Positions 1 through 11,935 of a DNA stretch of 64,000 nucleotides are shown one piece after another; the stretch's first letter is position 1, and each line of letters opens with the position of its first letter. Source of the stretch: Escherichia coli (GTDB lineage Bacteria; Pseudomonadota; Gammaproteobacteria; Enterobacterales; Enterobacteriaceae); NCBI RefSeq assembly GCF_048403405.1, contig NZ_CP183129.1. One strand, given 5' to 3'. The notes under the pieces were generated by a model. The model saw nothing but the letters and a program-made list of their open reading frames with translations. It ran no database searches and was not told where the DNA came from. Made by a program: the position numbers and the translations under genes.

Positions 1-721
1 CCATCAGGTAGGCATTCTCCCGTAGTTGCTCCCAGCAACGGGCATTGCACACCGCAGTGCCAATCATCGCATCTGAATGCCCAACCAGATATTTGGTGGC
101 GGCCTGAATAGAAACATCGATGCCAAAATCCAGCGCCTTAAACAGCACACCGGCTGCCCAGGTGTTGTCGATCATAATGATGGCATCCGGCACCACACTG
201 CGTACGGCGGCAACAATCGCCGGAACGTCGTGGACTTCCATGGTGATGGATCCTGGGGATTCCAGAAATACGATTTTGGTGTTTGGCTGTAGATACTTAA
301 CGATATCGGCACCAATCAGCGGATCAAACCATGATGTCGTTACGCCCAGTTTGCTGAGGATTTTGCTACAGAAATCCTGACTCGGTTCATAGGCGGTGTT
401 GGTCATCAACACATGATCGCCCTGTTCGACAAAAGCAAGAATAGAATTAGCAACCGCCGCCGCCCCGCAGGGGAACAGCACGCAGCCTGCGCCACCTTCC
501 AGTTCGCACATCGCCTCTTGTAAGGAGAAATGGGTTAACGTTCCGCGCCGTCCATAAAACAACTCGCCATTGGCGCGATTGCGCGTCGCGTGTTTTTTGG
601 CTTCCACACTGTCAAAGACCAGCGAAGAAGCGCGCTGAATCACGCTATTTACCGCGCCGAGAGTGTATTTTTTGCTGCGTCCTGCATTCACCAGTTGAGT
701 ATCAAGCTTTTTGTCCGCCAT
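1..721 (-). CDS. metC: cystathionine beta-lyase, N-terminal part (gene runs off the window edge)
   Basis: Reverse-strand translation from ATG (complement of 719-721) reads [36 protein letters not shown]..., recognisable as E. coli MetC; absent from ORF track because it is truncated by the window start. Confidence 0.9.
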   Translation of the reverse strand, partial: MADKKLDTQLVNAGRSKKYTLGAVNSVIQRASSLVFDSVEAKKHATRNRANGELFYGRRGTLTHFSLQEAMCELEGGAGCVLFPCGAAAVANSILAFVEQGDHVLMTNTAYEPSQDFCSKILSKLGVTTSWFDPLIGADIVKYLQPNTKIVFLESPGSITMEVHDVPAIVAAVRSVVPDAIIMIDNTWAAGVLFKALDFGIDVSIQAATKYLVGHSDAMIGTAVCNARCWEQLRENAYLM

Positions 722-972
722 CTCGGGATTCCTGTTTTTATACGTCTGGATGTCTAAACTAGCATGAATATTCGCGGGCGCATCCTGAAGAATTGGCATA
801 AAGCAGAAAATTTTCGCAAATGGCGTGCTGGTGACTTTTTTACTGCGTAAACGCAAGGAAAAGAAAGCAAAGGTACGGCAGTATGCAAATAGTAATGAGA
901 ACGACTATCAATTCGACGTCGTTTTGATATTATTATGCGCAGATTTTGTGACTTGCGTCCTGGAGATACACA

Positions 973-1707
973 GTGGGTAATAATTTAATGCAGACGGATC
1001 TTTCCGTCTGGGGTATGTATCAGCACGCCGATATTGTCGTTAAGTGCGTGATGATTGGGCTTATTTTGGCCTCCGTAGTCACCTGGGCAATCTTCTTCAG
1101 TAAGAGCGTAGAGTTCTTCACTCAGAAGCGTCGCCTTAAGCGCGAGCAGCAACTGCTGGCTGAAGCGCGTTCCTTAAACCAGGCCAACGATATCGCCGCT
1201 GATTTTGGTAGCAAAAGCTTAAGCCTGCATTTGCTCAATGAAGCGCAGAATGAGCTGGAACTGTCAGAAGGCAGCGACGATAACGAAGGTATTAAAGAAC
1301 GTACCAGCTTCCGTCTGGAGCGTCGGGTCGCCGCAGTAGGTCGTCAAATGGGCCGCGGTAACGGTTATCTGGCAACCATCGGCGCGATTTCGCCGTTCGT
1401 TGGTCTGTTTGGTACGGTCTGGGGCATCATGAACAGCTTTATTGGTATCGCGCAAACGCAGACCACTAACCTGGCAGTCGTTGCGCCGGGTATTGCAGAA
1501 GCTCTGTTAGCAACGGCAATCGGCCTCGTGGCAGCGATTCCGGCGGTCGTTATCTATAACGTATTTGCACGCCAGATTGGCGGCTTTAAAGCGATGCTGG
1601 GTGATGTTGCAGCGCAGGTATTGTTGCTGCAAAGCCGTGACCTGGATCTGGAAGCCAGCGCCGCTGCGCATCCGGTTCGTGTCGCACAAAAATTACGCGC
1701 AGGATAA
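973..1707 (+). CDS. exbB: TonB-system energizer ExbB
   Basis: 244-aa ORF, GTG start, MGNNLMQTDLSVWGMYQHADIVVKCVMIGL... matches ExbB; followed 6 nt later by exbD. Confidence 0.96.
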   Translation: MGNNLMQTDLSVWGMYQHADIVVKCVMIGLILASVVTWAIFFSKSVEFFTQKRRLKREQQLLAEARSLNQANDIAADFGSKSLSLHLLNEAQNELELSEGSDDNEGIKERTSFRLERRVAAVGRQMGRGNGYLATIGAISPFVGLFGTVWGIMNSFIGIAQTQTTNLAVVAPGIAEALLATAIGLVAAIPAVVIYNVFARQIGGFKAMLGDVAAQVLLLQSRDLDLEASAAAHPVRVAQKLRAG

Positions 1708-1713
1708 TGTCCG

Positions 1714-2139
1714 ATGGCAATGCATCTTAACGAAAACCTCGACGATAACGGCGAAATGCATGATATCAACGTGACGCCGTTTATCGACGTGATGTTGGTT
1801 CTGCTGATTATCTTTATGGTGGCGGCACCGTTAGCGACGGTAGATGTGAAGGTGAACTTGCCTGCTTCTACCAGCACGCCGCAGCCGCGCCCGGAAAAAC
1901 CGGTTTATCTGTCGGTGAAGGCAGACAACTCGATGTTTATCGGTAACGATCCGGTCACCGATGAAACAATGATTACGGCGTTGAATGCGTTAACCGAAGG
2001 CAAGAAAGACACCACCATCTTCTTCCGAGCGGACAAAACCGTCGATTACGAGACGTTGATGAAGGTAATGGATACGCTGCATCAGGCGGGTTACCTGAAG
2101 ATAGGTCTGGTCGGCGAAGAAACTGCCAAAGCGAAATAA
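1714..2139 (+). CDS. exbD: TonB-system energizer ExbD
   Basis: 141-aa ORF MAMHLNENLDDNGEMHDINVTPFIDVMLVLLIIF... matches ExbD. Confidence 0.96.
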   Translation: MAMHLNENLDDNGEMHDINVTPFIDVMLVLLIIFMVAAPLATVDVKVNLPASTSTPQPRPEKPVYLSVKADNSMFIGNDPVTDETMITALNALTEGKKDTTIFFRADKTVDYETLMKVMDTLHQAGYLKIGLVGEETAKAK

Positions 2140-2146
2140 AAATGAT

Positions 2147-2180
2147 GCCCGGTTGCTTTTCACAACCGGGCATTTTTTTA
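2147..2180. terminator. rho-independent terminator hairpin between convergent exbD and yghA
   Basis: Stem cccggttg / caaccggg with 7-nt loop followed by run of T (cattttttt); usable in both directions. Confidence 0.7.
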
Positions 2181-3062
2181 ACCTAAATGCTCGCCGCCGC
2201 AGACACCGTGCACTTCTGCGGTGACGTAGCTCGACTCCTGACTTGCCAGGTAAACATATACAGGGGCCAGTTCCGCCGGTTGCCCCGCACGCTTCATCGG
2301 CGTTTTCTGACCAAACTGCGGGATCTTATCCTGCGTCTGTCCGCCGGAAATTTGCAGTGCTGTCCAGATCGGGCCAGGTGCAACAATATTCACACGAATA
2401 CCTTTCTCCGCGACCTGTTTTGCCAGGCCTCGGCTGTAGTTCAGAATCGCCGCCTTCGTAGCCGCATAGTCCAGTAAATGCGGGCTTGGCTGGTATGCCT
2501 GGATTGACGAAGTGGTGATGATACTGGCACCTTTCGGTAGCAGGGGGATCGCTTCCTGGGTTAGCCAGAACAGCGCGAAAACGTTAATGGCAAAGGTCTT
2601 TTGAAACTGTTCGCTGGTGAGGTCTGCAATATCAGGAATGGCAACCTGTTTCCCGGCGACCAGCGCCATAATATCCAGCCCGCCTAACGCCTTATGCGCT
2701 TCGTGAACCAGCGAACGGGCGAATTTCTCATCGCTTAAATCGCCTGGCAGCAGGACGGCTTTGCGTCCGCATTCTTCAATGATCTTTTTCACATCCTGAG
2801 CGTCTTGTTCTTCTACGGGAAGATAACTGATCGCCACGTCAGCCCCTTCACGCGCGTAAGCAATGGCGGCAGCGCGACCGATTCCGGAATCGCCCCCTGT
2901 CACCAGTGCTTTACGATCTTTCAGGCGACCGCTACCTACATAGGTTTTCTCGCCGCAATCCGGCACCGGTGTCATTTTCGCCTGGATGCCTGGCGTCGGT
3001 TGTTTCTGTTTGGGATATTCACCAGTGTAATACTGCGTGGTCGGGTCTTTTAAATGAGACAT
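2178..3062 (-). CDS. yghA: short-chain dehydrogenase/reductase family oxidoreductase YghA
   Basis: ORF track 2178..3065; protein [21 protein letters not shown]... with [15 protein letters not shown](P)-binding motif; start trimmed to second Met. Confidence 0.93.
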   Translation of the reverse strand: MSHLKDPTTQYYTGEYPKQKQPTPGIQAKMTPVPDCGEKTYVGSGRLKDRKALVTGGDSGIGRAAAIAYAREGADVAISYLPVEEQDAQDVKKIIEECGRKAVLLPGDLSDEKFARSLVHEAHKALGGLDIMALVAGKQVAIPDIADLTSEQFQKTFAINVFALFWLTQEAIPLLPKGASIITTSSIQAYQPSPHLLDYAATKAAILNYSRGLAKQVAEKGIRVNIVAPGPIWTALQISGGQTQDKIPQFGQKTPMKRAGQPAELAPVYVYLASQESSYVTAEVHGVCGGEHLG

Positions 3063-3183
3063 CATTTTTCTCCCTTCAGGTTCAACGTCCTTTAAGGGTA
3101 GACGCTCTCGATGCGTTGATAAGGGAACCAGGAAGATCCCTAACCCTCAGAATTATGCGACAAAGGTTTAACGGATATGTTGA

Positions 3184-3747
<564 letters not shown>

Positions 3748-3786
3748 TCTGATTCGGGCGCGGTTCTCGCGCCCGTTATTAACAGG

Positions 3787-4827
3787 TCATTTATCGGAAG
3801 ACGCCTGCCACAGATTCAGCTCGCCATCGGCGATATGCTGATCAATCTGCGCCAGCTCCTCGGTGCTAAATGTCAGATTATTCAGCGCCTGCACGTTCTC
3901 CTCAAGTTGCTCCGCGCGGCTGGCACCAATCAATACCGAGGTGACGCGATCATCTTTCAGCAACCAGCTTAACGCCATTTGCGCCATTGATTGTCCACGC
4001 TGCTGTGCCATTTCATGCAATAAGCGCAGGCTGTTGAGGTTGGCTTCGGTGAGCATTTTCGGCGTCAGACCACGAACTTTATTCCCTTCACGATGCATCC
4101 GTGAATCTTGCGGAATACCGTTGAGATATTTTCCGGTCAGCAATCCCTGAGCCAGAGGAGTAAAGGCAATGCAGCCCACGCCGTTATTTTGCAGAGTATC
4201 CAGCAGGCCGCTTTTATCCACCCAGCGGTTCAGTAAATTGTACGAAGGTTGATGAATTAACAGCGGAATTTTCCACTCGCGCAGTAACTCGACCATTTTT
4301 TGCGTCCGCTCTGGCGAGTAAGAGGAGATCCCGACATAAAGCGCCTTACCGCTTTGTACCGCATGAGCCAGCGCAGAGGCGGTTTCTTCCATCGGCGTAT
4401 TTTCATCGACGCGATGAGAGTAAAAGATATCGACATACTCAAGCCCCATACGCTTCAGGCTTTGGTCGAGGCTGGCGAGCAGGTATTTACGTGAACCGCC
4501 AGAGCCGTAAGGGCCGGGCCACATATCGTAGCCAGCCTTGGTAGAGATAATCAGTTCATCGCGATAAGCGGCAAAATCCTCGCGCAGCAGGCGACCAAAG
4601 TTCTCTTCTGCGCTTCCTGGAGGCGGCCCGTAATTGTTGGCTAAATCAAAGTGCGTAATGCCTAAATCAAACGCTTTACGCAGGATCGCACGCTGTGATT
4701 CCAGCGCGTTAACGTGACCGAAATTGTGCCATAAACCGAGCGATAACGCGGGCAGGCGTAAACCGCTTTTTCCGCAATAACGGTACTGCATCTGCCCGTA
4801 ACGCTCGGGATTCGCTAACCAGACCAT
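3787..4827 (-). CDS. gpr: L-glyceraldehyde 3-phosphate reductase (aldo-keto reductase)
   Basis: 346-aa ORF MVWLANPERYGQMQYRYCGKSGLRLPALSLGLWHNFG... matches Gpr (YghZ). Confidence 0.95.
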   Translation of the reverse strand: MVWLANPERYGQMQYRYCGKSGLRLPALSLGLWHNFGHVNALESQRAILRKAFDLGITHFDLANNYGPPPGSAEENFGRLLREDFAAYRDELIISTKAGYDMWPGPYGSGGSRKYLLASLDQSLKRMGLEYVDIFYSHRVDENTPMEETASALAHAVQSGKALYVGISSYSPERTQKMVELLREWKIPLLIHQPSYNLLNRWVDKSGLLDTLQNNGVGCIAFTPLAQGLLTGKYLNGIPQDSRMHREGNKVRGLTPKMLTEANLNSLRLLHEMAQQRGQSMAQMALSWLLKDDRVTSVLIGASRAEQLEENVQALNNLTFSTEELAQIDQHIADGELNLWQASSDK

Positions 4828-4983
4828 GACCTCTCCTTTCCACCATTCAATTTCGAAACAATGTTTCTAGTTTAGCGATTCATCAGCGCGTATCCCGTAG
4901 TCTGGCTCACAGAGTGACGAAAAACTGGGCAAAAACACGCGCTTATGCTTTGCTTAAAAAAACACCAACTGAGGAGTGCAACG

Positions 4984-5871
4984 ATGCCGCGTTTAACCGC
5001 CAGAGATTTCCCACAAGAGTTGCTGGATTACTATGACTATTACGCTCACGGGAAAATCTCGAAACGTGAGTTCCTCAACCTTGCGGCGAAGTATGCGGTA
5101 GGCGGGATGACGGCATTAGCGTTGTTTGATTTGCTCAAGCCAAATTATGCGCTGGCGACTCAGGTAGAGTTTACCGACCCGGAAATTGTTGCTGAGTACA
5201 TCACGTATTCTTCACCAAATGGTCACGGCGAGGTGCGGGGTTATCTGGTGAAGCCCGCAAAGATGAGCGGCAAAACGCCAGCCGTAGTGGTGGTGCATGA
5301 GAATCGTGGACTGAATCCGTATATCGAAGATGTGGCACGGCGAGTGGCGAAGGCGGGGTATATCGCCCTGGCACCTGACGGCTTAAGTTCCGTTGGAGGT
5401 TATCCGGGTAATGATGATAAAGGTCGTGAGCTGCAACAGCAGGTTGATCCAACCAAACTGATGAATGATTTCTTTGCCGCAATTGAGTTTATGCAACGCT
5501 ATCCGCAAGCGACAGGCAAAGTGGGTATTACCGGATTTTGCTATGGCGGTGGCGTATCGAACGCGGCAGCGGTCGCGTATCCGGAACTGGCCTGCGCGGT
5601 GCCGTTTTATGGTCGACAGGCACCCACCGCCGATGTGGCGAAGATTGAAGCGCCTTTACTACTCCACTACGCGGAACTGGACACCCGAATCAACGAGGGC
5701 TGGCCTGCTTACGAGGCGGCGTTGAAAGCCAATAATAAGGTCTATGAGGCGTATATCTATCCGGGGGTTAATCACGGATTCCATAATGATTCCACGCCCC
5801 GTTATGACAAATCTGCCGCCGATCTTGCCTGGCAAAGGACGCTGAAATGGTTCGATAAATATCTCTCCTGA
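4984..5871 (+). CDS. yghX: dienelactone hydrolase family protein YghX, apparently intact
   Basis: ORF track 4945..5871; likely start ATG 4984 preceded by gaggag RBS at 4970-4975; uninterrupted reading frame. Confidence 0.85.
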   Translation: MPRLTARDFPQELLDYYDYYAHGKISKREFLNLAAKYAVGGMTALALFDLLKPNYALATQVEFTDPEIVAEYITYSSPNGHGEVRGYLVKPAKMSGKTPAVVVVHENRGLNPYIEDVARRVAKAGYIALAPDGLSSVGGYPGNDDKGRELQQQVDPTKLMNDFFAAIEFMQRYPQATGKVGITGFCYGGGVSNAAAVAYPELACAVPFYGRQAPTADVAKIEAPLLLHYAELDTRINEGWPAYEAALKANNKVYEAYIYPGVNHGFHNDSTPRYDKSAADLAWQRTLKWFDKYLS

Positions 5872-5989
5872 TAGGTTTATCTCTTACGGGATTACGTCTT
5901 AAACAAGCATGAAAAAATAGCGTGCGCAAAAGTCGTTCTTTGCCTAAAATATCGCTATATATGGCAATATATAGCGAATGAGGTGAACG

Positions 5990-6277
5990 ATGAATAACCA
6001 TTTTGGTAAAGGCTTAATGGCGGGATTAAAAGCAACGCATGCCGACAGTGCGGTTAATGTGACAAAATACTGTGCCGATTATAAACGCGGTTTTGTATTA
6101 GGCTACTCACACCGGATGTACGAAAAGACCGGAGATCGCCAGCTTAGCGCCTGGGAAGCGGGTATTCTGACGCGCCGCTATGGACTGGATAAAGAGATGG
6201 TAATGGATTTCTTTCGTGAGAATAATTCCTGTTCTACGTTGCGCTTTTTTATGGCCGGTTATCGCCTCGAAAATTGA
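5990..6277 (+). CDS. yghW: small protein YghW (unknown function)
   Basis: 95-aa [38 protein letters not shown]...; gaggtg RBS 5-10 nt upstream. Confidence 0.88.
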   Translation: MNNHFGKGLMAGLKATHADSAVNVTKYCADYKRGFVLGYSHRMYEKTGDRQLSAWEAGILTRRYGLDKEMVMDFFRENNSCSTLRFFMAGYRLEN

Positions 6278-6465
6278 TCAAACATACGTATTATCTTGCT
6301 TTAATTAATTACACTAATGCTTCTTCCCTTCGTTTTAGCGCCCCGCCGCAGTATCATGATATCGATAACCATAATAAATGTGTGGTAAATGGCGCATCGA
6401 TCGCATTATTGATTTTGCGATTGAGGCAAAATATATGCCAGGTCTTCGCAACGGAATAACTATAA

Positions 6466-7584
6466 ATGACTGGAGATAACACCCTCATCCATTCTCACGG
6501 CATTAACCGTCGTGATTTCATGAAGCTTTGTGCAGCATTAGCCGCCACCATGGGGTTAAGTAGCAAAGCCGCTGCAGAGATGGCCGAATCGGTTACTAAC
6601 CCGCAGCGTCCGCCAGTTATCTGGATTGGCGCGCAGGAGTGTACCGGTTGTACGGAATCTCTGCTTCGTGCAACGCATCCAACGGTAGAAAACCTCGTGC
6701 TGGAGACTATCTCTCTGGAGTATCACGAAGTGCTTTCCGCCGCCTTCGGTCATCAGGTCGAAGAGAACAAACATAACGCTCTCGAGAAGTACAAAGGGCA
6801 GTATGTGTTAGTGGTGGATGGTTCCATCCCATTAAAAGATAATGGTATTTATTGCATGGTTGCCGGTGAGCCGATTGTGGATCACATCCGCAAAGCGGCG
6901 GAAGGCGCAGCAGCCATTATCGCTATCGGTTCCTGCTCTGCGTGGGGCGGTGTTGCCGCAGCTGGAGTTAACCCAACTGGCGCTGTCAGCCTGCAAGAAG
7001 TTCTGCCAGGCAAAACTGTAATCAACATTCCTGGCTGCCCGCCGAACCCGCACAACTTCCTCGCGACCGTTGCGCACATCATCACTTACGGCAAGCCGCC
7101 GAAACTGGATGACAAAAACCGTCCGACCTTCGCCTATGGCCGTCTGATTCACGAACACTGCGAACGTCGCCCGCACTTCGATGCTGGTCGTTTTGCCAAA
7201 GAGTTCGGTGATGAAGGCCACCGCGAAGGCTGGTGCCTGTACCACCTCGGCTGTAAAGGGCCAGAAACTTACGGCAACTGCTCAACGCTGCAATTCTGCG
7301 ATGTTGGCGGTGTGTGGCCGGTGGCGATTGGTCACCCGTGCTATGGCTGTAACGAAGAAGGTATCGGCTTCCATAAAGGCATCCATCAGCTTGCCAACGT
7401 CGAAAACCAGACTCCGCGTTCACAGAAACCGGATGTTAACGCTAAAGAAGGCGGCAACGTCTCTGCGGGCGCTATTGGTTTGCTCGGCGGTGTGGTTGGG
7501 CTGGTTGCCGGTGTCAGCGTGATGGCGGTGCGTGAACTGGGTCGTCAGCAAAAGAAAGATAACGCTGACTCACGGGGAGAATAA
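6466..7584 (+). CDS. hybO: hydrogenase-2 small subunit
   Basis: 372-aa ORF with twin-arginine signal ([25 protein letters not shown]) and Fe-S cysteine clusters. Confidence 0.96.
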   Translation: MTGDNTLIHSHGINRRDFMKLCAALAATMGLSSKAAAEMAESVTNPQRPPVIWIGAQECTGCTESLLRATHPTVENLVLETISLEYHEVLSAAFGHQVEENKHNALEKYKGQYVLVVDGSIPLKDNGIYCMVAGEPIVDHIRKAAEGAAAIIAIGSCSAWGGVAAAGVNPTGAVSLQEVLPGKTVINIPGCPPNPHNFLATVAHIITYGKPPKLDDKNRPTFAYGRLIHEHCERRPHFDAGRFAKEFGDEGHREGWCLYHLGCKGPETYGNCSTLQFCDVGGVWPVAIGHPCYGCNEEGIGFHKGIHQLANVENQTPRSQKPDVNAKEGGNVSAGAIGLLGGVVGLVAGVSVMAVRELGRQQKKDNADSRGE

Positions 7585-7586
7585 CC

Positions 7587-8573
7587 GTGAACAGACGTAA
7601 TTTTATTAAAGCAGCCTCCTGCGGGGCATTGCTGACGGGCGCGTTGCCGTCTGTCAGTCATGCGGCTGCTGAAAACCGCCCGCCAATTCCGGGATCGCTG
7701 GGGATGTTGTACGACTCGACCTTGTGCGTAGGCTGCCAGGCTTGCGTCACCAAGTGTCAGGATATCAACTTCCCTGAACGTAACCCGCAAGGGGAACAGA
7801 CCTGGTCGAACAACGACAAACTGTCGCCGTATACCAATAACATCATTCAGGTGTGGACCAGCGGCACAGGGGTCAATAAAGACCAGGAGGAGAACGGCTA
7901 CGCGTACATTAAGAAACAGTGTATGCACTGCGTCGATCCGAACTGTGTCTCTGTGTGCCCGGTCTCTGCACTGAAAAAAGATCCGAAAACCGGCATTGTC
8001 CATTACGACAAAGATGTGTGCACCGGCTGCCGTTACTGCATGGTCGCCTGCCCATACAATGTGCCGAAGTACGACTACAACAACCCGTTTGGTGCGCTGC
8101 ATAAGTGCGAGCTGTGCAACCAGAAAGGTGTGGAACGTCTCGATAAAGGCGGTCTGCCTGGCTGCGTAGAAGTGTGCCCGGCGGGTGCGGTGATTTTTGG
8201 TACGCGTGAAGAGCTGATGGCGGAGGCGAAAAAACGTCTGGCGCTGAAGCCGGGCAGCGAATACCACTATCCGCGTCAGACGCTGAAATCTGGTGACACT
8301 TACCTGCATACGGTGCCGAAATATTATCCGCATCTGTACGGCGAGAAAGAGGGCGGCGGTACTCAGGTTCTGGTACTGACGGGTGTGCCTTATGAAAATC
8401 TTGACCTGCCGAAACTGGACGATCTTTCTACTGGTGCGCGTTCCGAACATGTCCAACACACCCTGTATAAAGGCATGATGCTACCACTGGCTGTGCTGGC
8501 GGGCTTAACCGTGCTGGTTCGTCGCAACACCAAAAACGACCATCACGACGGAGGAGACGATCATGAGTCATGA
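7587..8573 (+). CDS. hybA: hydrogenase-2 ferredoxin-type Fe-S subunit
   Basis: 328-aa ORF, Tat-type N-terminus [10 protein letters not shown], multiple CxxCxxC 4Fe-4S motifs. Confidence 0.95.
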   Translation: MNRRNFIKAASCGALLTGALPSVSHAAAENRPPIPGSLGMLYDSTLCVGCQACVTKCQDINFPERNPQGEQTWSNNDKLSPYTNNIIQVWTSGTGVNKDQEENGYAYIKKQCMHCVDPNCVSVCPVSALKKDPKTGIVHYDKDVCTGCRYCMVACPYNVPKYDYNNPFGALHKCELCNQKGVERLDKGGLPGCVEVCPAGAVIFGTREELMAEAKKRLALKPGSEYHYPRQTLKSGDTYLHTVPKYYPHLYGEKEGGGTQVLVLTGVPYENLDLPKLDDLSTGARSEHVQHTLYKGMMLPLAVLAGLTVLVRRNTKNDHHDGGDDHES

Positions 8574-9741
8574 TCCACAACCGCTGGGCGGCAAAATCAT
8601 CAGTAAACCGGTCATGATTTTTGGACCGTTAATCGTCATCTGTATGCTCCTGATTGTGAAGCGTCTGGTGTTCGGTCTAGGCTCAGTCTCTGACCTGAAC
8701 GGCGGCTTCCCGTGGGGTGTGTGGATCGCGTTTGACCTGTTGATCGGCACCGGCTTTGCCTGTGGCGGCTGGGCGCTGGCGTGGGCGGTATACGTCTTTA
8801 ACCGTGGGCAATACCATCCGCTGGTGCGTCCGGCGCTGTTGGCGAGTCTGTTCGGTTACTCACTGGGTGGCTTGTCGATCACCATCGACGTTGGTCGCTA
8901 CTGGAACCTGCCGTACTTCTACATTCCGGGTCACTTCAACGTGAACTCGGTACTGTTCGAGACGGCGGTCTGTATGACCATCTACATCGGCGTGATGGCA
9001 CTGGAGTTTGCTCCGGCATTGTTTGAACGATTGGGCTGGAAGGTGTCGCTACAGCGTCTGAACAAGGTGATGTTCTTCATCATCGCGCTCGGTGCGCTGC
9101 TGCCGACTATGCACCAGTCTTCAATGGGGTCGCTGATGATCTCGGCGGGCTACAAGGTGCATCCGTTGTGGCAGAGCTATGAAATGTTGCCGTTGTTCTC
9201 GCTGCTGACGGCGTTCATCATGGGCTTCTCGATTGTCATCTTTGAAGGTTCGCTGGTGCAGGCGGGTCTGCGTGGCAACGGTCCGGATGAAAAGAGTCTG
9301 TTCGTTAAGCTGACCAACACCATCAGTGTGTTGCTGGCGATTTTCATCGTGCTGCGCTTTGGCGAGCTTATCTATCGCGACAAGCTGTCGTTAGCGTTTG
9401 CCGGTGACTTCTATTCCGTGATGTTCTGGATTGAAGTCCTGCTGATGCTCTTCCCGCTGGTCGTTCTGCGTGTGGCGAAGCTGCGTAATGATTCCCGCAT
9501 GCTGTTCCTGTCAGCACTGAGCGCGCTGTTAGGTTGTGCAACCTGGCGTCTGACCTATTCGCTGGTGGCATTCAACCCGGGCGGCGGTTACGCCTACTTC
9601 CCGACCTGGGAAGAACTGTTGATTTCTATTGGTTTTGTGGCTATTGAGATTTGCGCTTACATCGTACTCATTCGTCTACTGCCGATACTTCCTCCTTTAA
9701 AACAAAACGATCATAATCGTCATGAGGCGAGCAAAGCATGA
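8563..9741 (+). CDS. hybB: hydrogenase-2 integral membrane subunit
   Basis: 392-aa hydrophobic polytopic protein; overlaps hybA end and hybC start as in the hyb operon. Confidence 0.94.
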   Translation: MSHDPQPLGGKIISKPVMIFGPLIVICMLLIVKRLVFGLGSVSDLNGGFPWGVWIAFDLLIGTGFACGGWALAWAVYVFNRGQYHPLVRPALLASLFGYSLGGLSITIDVGRYWNLPYFYIPGHFNVNSVLFETAVCMTIYIGVMALEFAPALFERLGWKVSLQRLNKVMFFIIALGALLPTMHQSSMGSLMISAGYKVHPLWQSYEMLPLFSLLTAFIMGFSIVIFEGSLVQAGLRGNGPDEKSLFVKLTNTISVLLAIFIVLRFGELIYRDKLSLAFAGDFYSVMFWIEVLLMLFPLVVLRVAKLRNDSRMLFLSALSALLGCATWRLTYSLVAFNPGGGYAYFPTWEELLISIGFVAIEICAYIVLIRLLPILPPLKQNDHNRHEASKA

Positions 9742-11441
9742 GCCAGAGAATTACTATTGATCCGGTAACCCGTATTGAGGGGCATTTACGCATCGATTGC
9801 GAAATCGAAAATGGCGTCGTTTCGAAAGCATGGGCTTCCGGTACCATGTGGCGCGGCATGGAAGAGATCGTGAAAAACCGCGATCCGCGCGATGCATGGA
9901 TGATTGTGCAACGTATCTGTGGCGTATGTACTACCACTCACGCGCTGTCTTCCGTTCGTGCGGCAGAAAGTGCGCTGAATATCGACGTTCCGGTTAACGC
10001 GCAATACATCCGTAACATCATTCTGGCTGCGCACACCACGCATGACCATATCGTTCATTTCTATCAGCTTTCGGCGCTGGACTGGGTGGACATCACTTCT
10101 GCACTGCAAGCTGACCCAACCAAAGCCTCCGAAATGCTGAAAGGTGTTTCGACCTGGCACCTGAACAGCCCGGAAGAGTTCACCAAAGTTCAGAACAAGA
10201 TCAAAGATCTGGTTGCCAGCGGTCAGTTGGGGATTTTCGCCAATGGCTACTGGGGTCACCCGGCGATGAAACTGCCGCCGGAAGTGAACCTGATTGCGGT
10301 AGCGCACTACCTGCAGGCGCTGGAGTGCCAGCGTGACGCTAACCGCGTCGTGGCGCTGCTGGGCGGTAAAACGCCGCACATTCAGAACCTGGCAGTAGGT
10401 GGGGTCGCTAACCCGATCAACCTCGACGGTCTGGGCGTGCTGAATCTTGAGCGTCTGATGTACATCAAGTCCTTCATCGACAAGCTGAGCGACTTTGTTG
10501 AGCAGGTTTATAAGGTTGATACCGCGGTTATCGCCGCGTTCTATCCGGAATGGCTGACGCGCGGTAAAGGTGCGGTGAACTACCTGAGCGTGCCGGAATT
10601 CCCGACCGACAGTAAAAACGGCAGCTTCCTGTTCCCGGGCGGCTACATTGAGAATGCGGATCTGTCCTCGTATCGTCCGATCACTTCTCATTCCGATGAA
10701 TACCTGATCAAAGGCATTCAGGAAAGCGCGAAGCACTCCTGGTATAAAGACGAAGCGCCGCAGGCACCCTGGGAAGGTACCACCATTCCGGCTTATGATG
10801 GTTGGTCTGACGACGGGAAATATTCCTGGGTGAAATCACCGACTTTCTACGGCAAAACGGTAGAAGTGGGTCCGCTGGCTAATATGCTGGTGAAACTGGC
10901 GGCAGGTCGCGAATCTACCCAGAATAAACTGAATGAAATCGTTGCGATTTATCAGAAACTGACTGGCAACACGCTGGAAGTGGCGCAGCTGCACTCCACG
11001 CTGGGCCGTATTATTGGTCGTACCGTTCACTGCTGCGAATTGCAGGATATCCTGCAAAATCAATACAGTGCACTGATCACCAATATCGGCAAAGGCGATC
11101 ACACCACCTTTGTGAAGCCGAACATTCCGGCAACGGGTGAGTTCAAAGGCGTAGGTTTCCTCGAAGCACCGCGCGGTATGCTCTCTCACTGGATGGTGAT
11201 CAAAGACGGTATTATCAGTAACTACCAGGCAGTTGTTCCATCAACCTGGAACTCTGGCCCGCGTAACTTCAATGATGACGTCGGTCCTTACGAGCAGTCG
11301 CTGGTGGGTACACCGGTTGCCGATCCGAATAAACCGCTGGAAGTGGTGCGTACCATTCACTCCTTCGACCCGTGCATGGCCTGTGCGGTACACGTAGTGG
11401 ATGCCGACGGCAACGAAGTGGTTTCAGTGAAGGTTCTGTAA
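9738..11441 (+). CDS. hybC: hydrogenase-2 large (NiFe) subunit
   Basis: 567-aa ORF; N-terminal RIEGH motif and C-terminal DPCMACAVH NiFe ligand motif. Confidence 0.96.
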   Translation: MSQRITIDPVTRIEGHLRIDCEIENGVVSKAWASGTMWRGMEEIVKNRDPRDAWMIVQRICGVCTTTHALSSVRAAESALNIDVPVNAQYIRNIILAAHTTHDHIVHFYQLSALDWVDITSALQADPTKASEMLKGVSTWHLNSPEEFTKVQNKIKDLVASGQLGIFANGYWGHPAMKLPPEVNLIAVAHYLQALECQRDANRVVALLGGKTPHIQNLAVGGVANPINLDGLGVLNLERLMYIKSFIDKLSDFVEQVYKVDTAVIAAFYPEWLTRGKGAVNYLSVPEFPTDSKNGSFLFPGGYIENADLSSYRPITSHSDEYLIKGIQESAKHSWYKDEAPQAPWEGTTIPAYDGWSDDGKYSWVKSPTFYGKTVEVGPLANMLVKLAAGRESTQNKLNEIVAIYQKLTGNTLEVAQLHSTLGRIIGRTVHCCELQDILQNQYSALITNIGKGDHTTFVKPNIPATGEFKGVGFLEAPRGMLSHWMVIKDGIISNYQAVVPSTWNSGPRNFNDDVGPYEQSLVGTPVADPNKPLEVVRTIHSFDPCMACAVHVVDADGNEVVSVKVL

Positions 11442-11935
11442 TGCGTATTTTAGTCTTAGGGGTTGGCAATATTTTGCTGACCGATGAAGCCATCGGCGTG
11501 CGGATTGTCGAAGCGTTAGAGCAACGATACATTCTGCCGGATTATGTTGAGATCCTCGATGGCGGCACGGCGGGAATGGAGCTGCTTGGCGACATGGCAA
11601 ATCGCGATCATCTGATTATTGCGGATGCCATTGTGTCGAAAAAGAACGCGCCGGGAACGATGATGATCCTGCGGGATGAAGAAGTTCCGGCGTTGTTTAC
11701 CAACAAAATCTCTCCGCATCAGCTTGGCCTGGCCGACGTATTGTCGGCCCTGCGCTTCACCGGTGAGTTTCCGAAAAAGCTGACCCTGGTCGGCGTGATC
11801 CCGGAATCGCTGGAGCCGCACATCGGCTTAACGCCGACGGTCGAAGCGATGATTGAACCTGCGCTTGAGCAGGTTCTGGCTGCGCTGCGCGAATCAGGCG
11901 TGGAAGCCATCCCACGGGAGGCGACTCATGACTGA
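11441..11935 (+). CDS. hybD: hydrogenase-2 maturation endopeptidase
   Basis: ORF track 11372..11935 extended; MRILVLGVGNILLTDEAIGVRIVEAL... starts at ATG 11441 overlapping hybC stop (TAATG). Confidence 0.93.
   Translation: MRILVLGVGNILLTDEAIGVRIVEALEQRYILPDYVEILDGGTAGMELLGDMANRDHLIIADAIVSKKNAPGTMMILRDEEVPALFTNKISPHQLGLADVLSALRFTGEFPKKLTLVGVIPESLEPHIGLTPTVEAMIEPALEQVLAALRESGVEAIPREATHD

Noticed and set aside
4984-5110. Twin-arginine (Tat) signal at the YghX N-terminus
   Set aside because: The motif is KREFL followed by a hydrophobic stretch, lacking the consecutive RR pair; it may be a Tat-like or Sec signal but cannot be called from sequence alone.
6274-6459. 61-aa ORF between yghW and hybO
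   Set aside because: Sits in the AT-rich hyb promoter region with no RBS and asparagine/isoleucine-rich low-complexity translation; more likely regulatory DNA than a gene.
7545-8459. 304-aa reverse-strand ORF
   Set aside because: Lies entirely antisense within hybA, which is confidently identified; typical shadow ORF in GC-rich coding sequence. The same applies to 9786..10736 inside hybC, 14848..15858 inside gss and 16741..17223 inside pitB.
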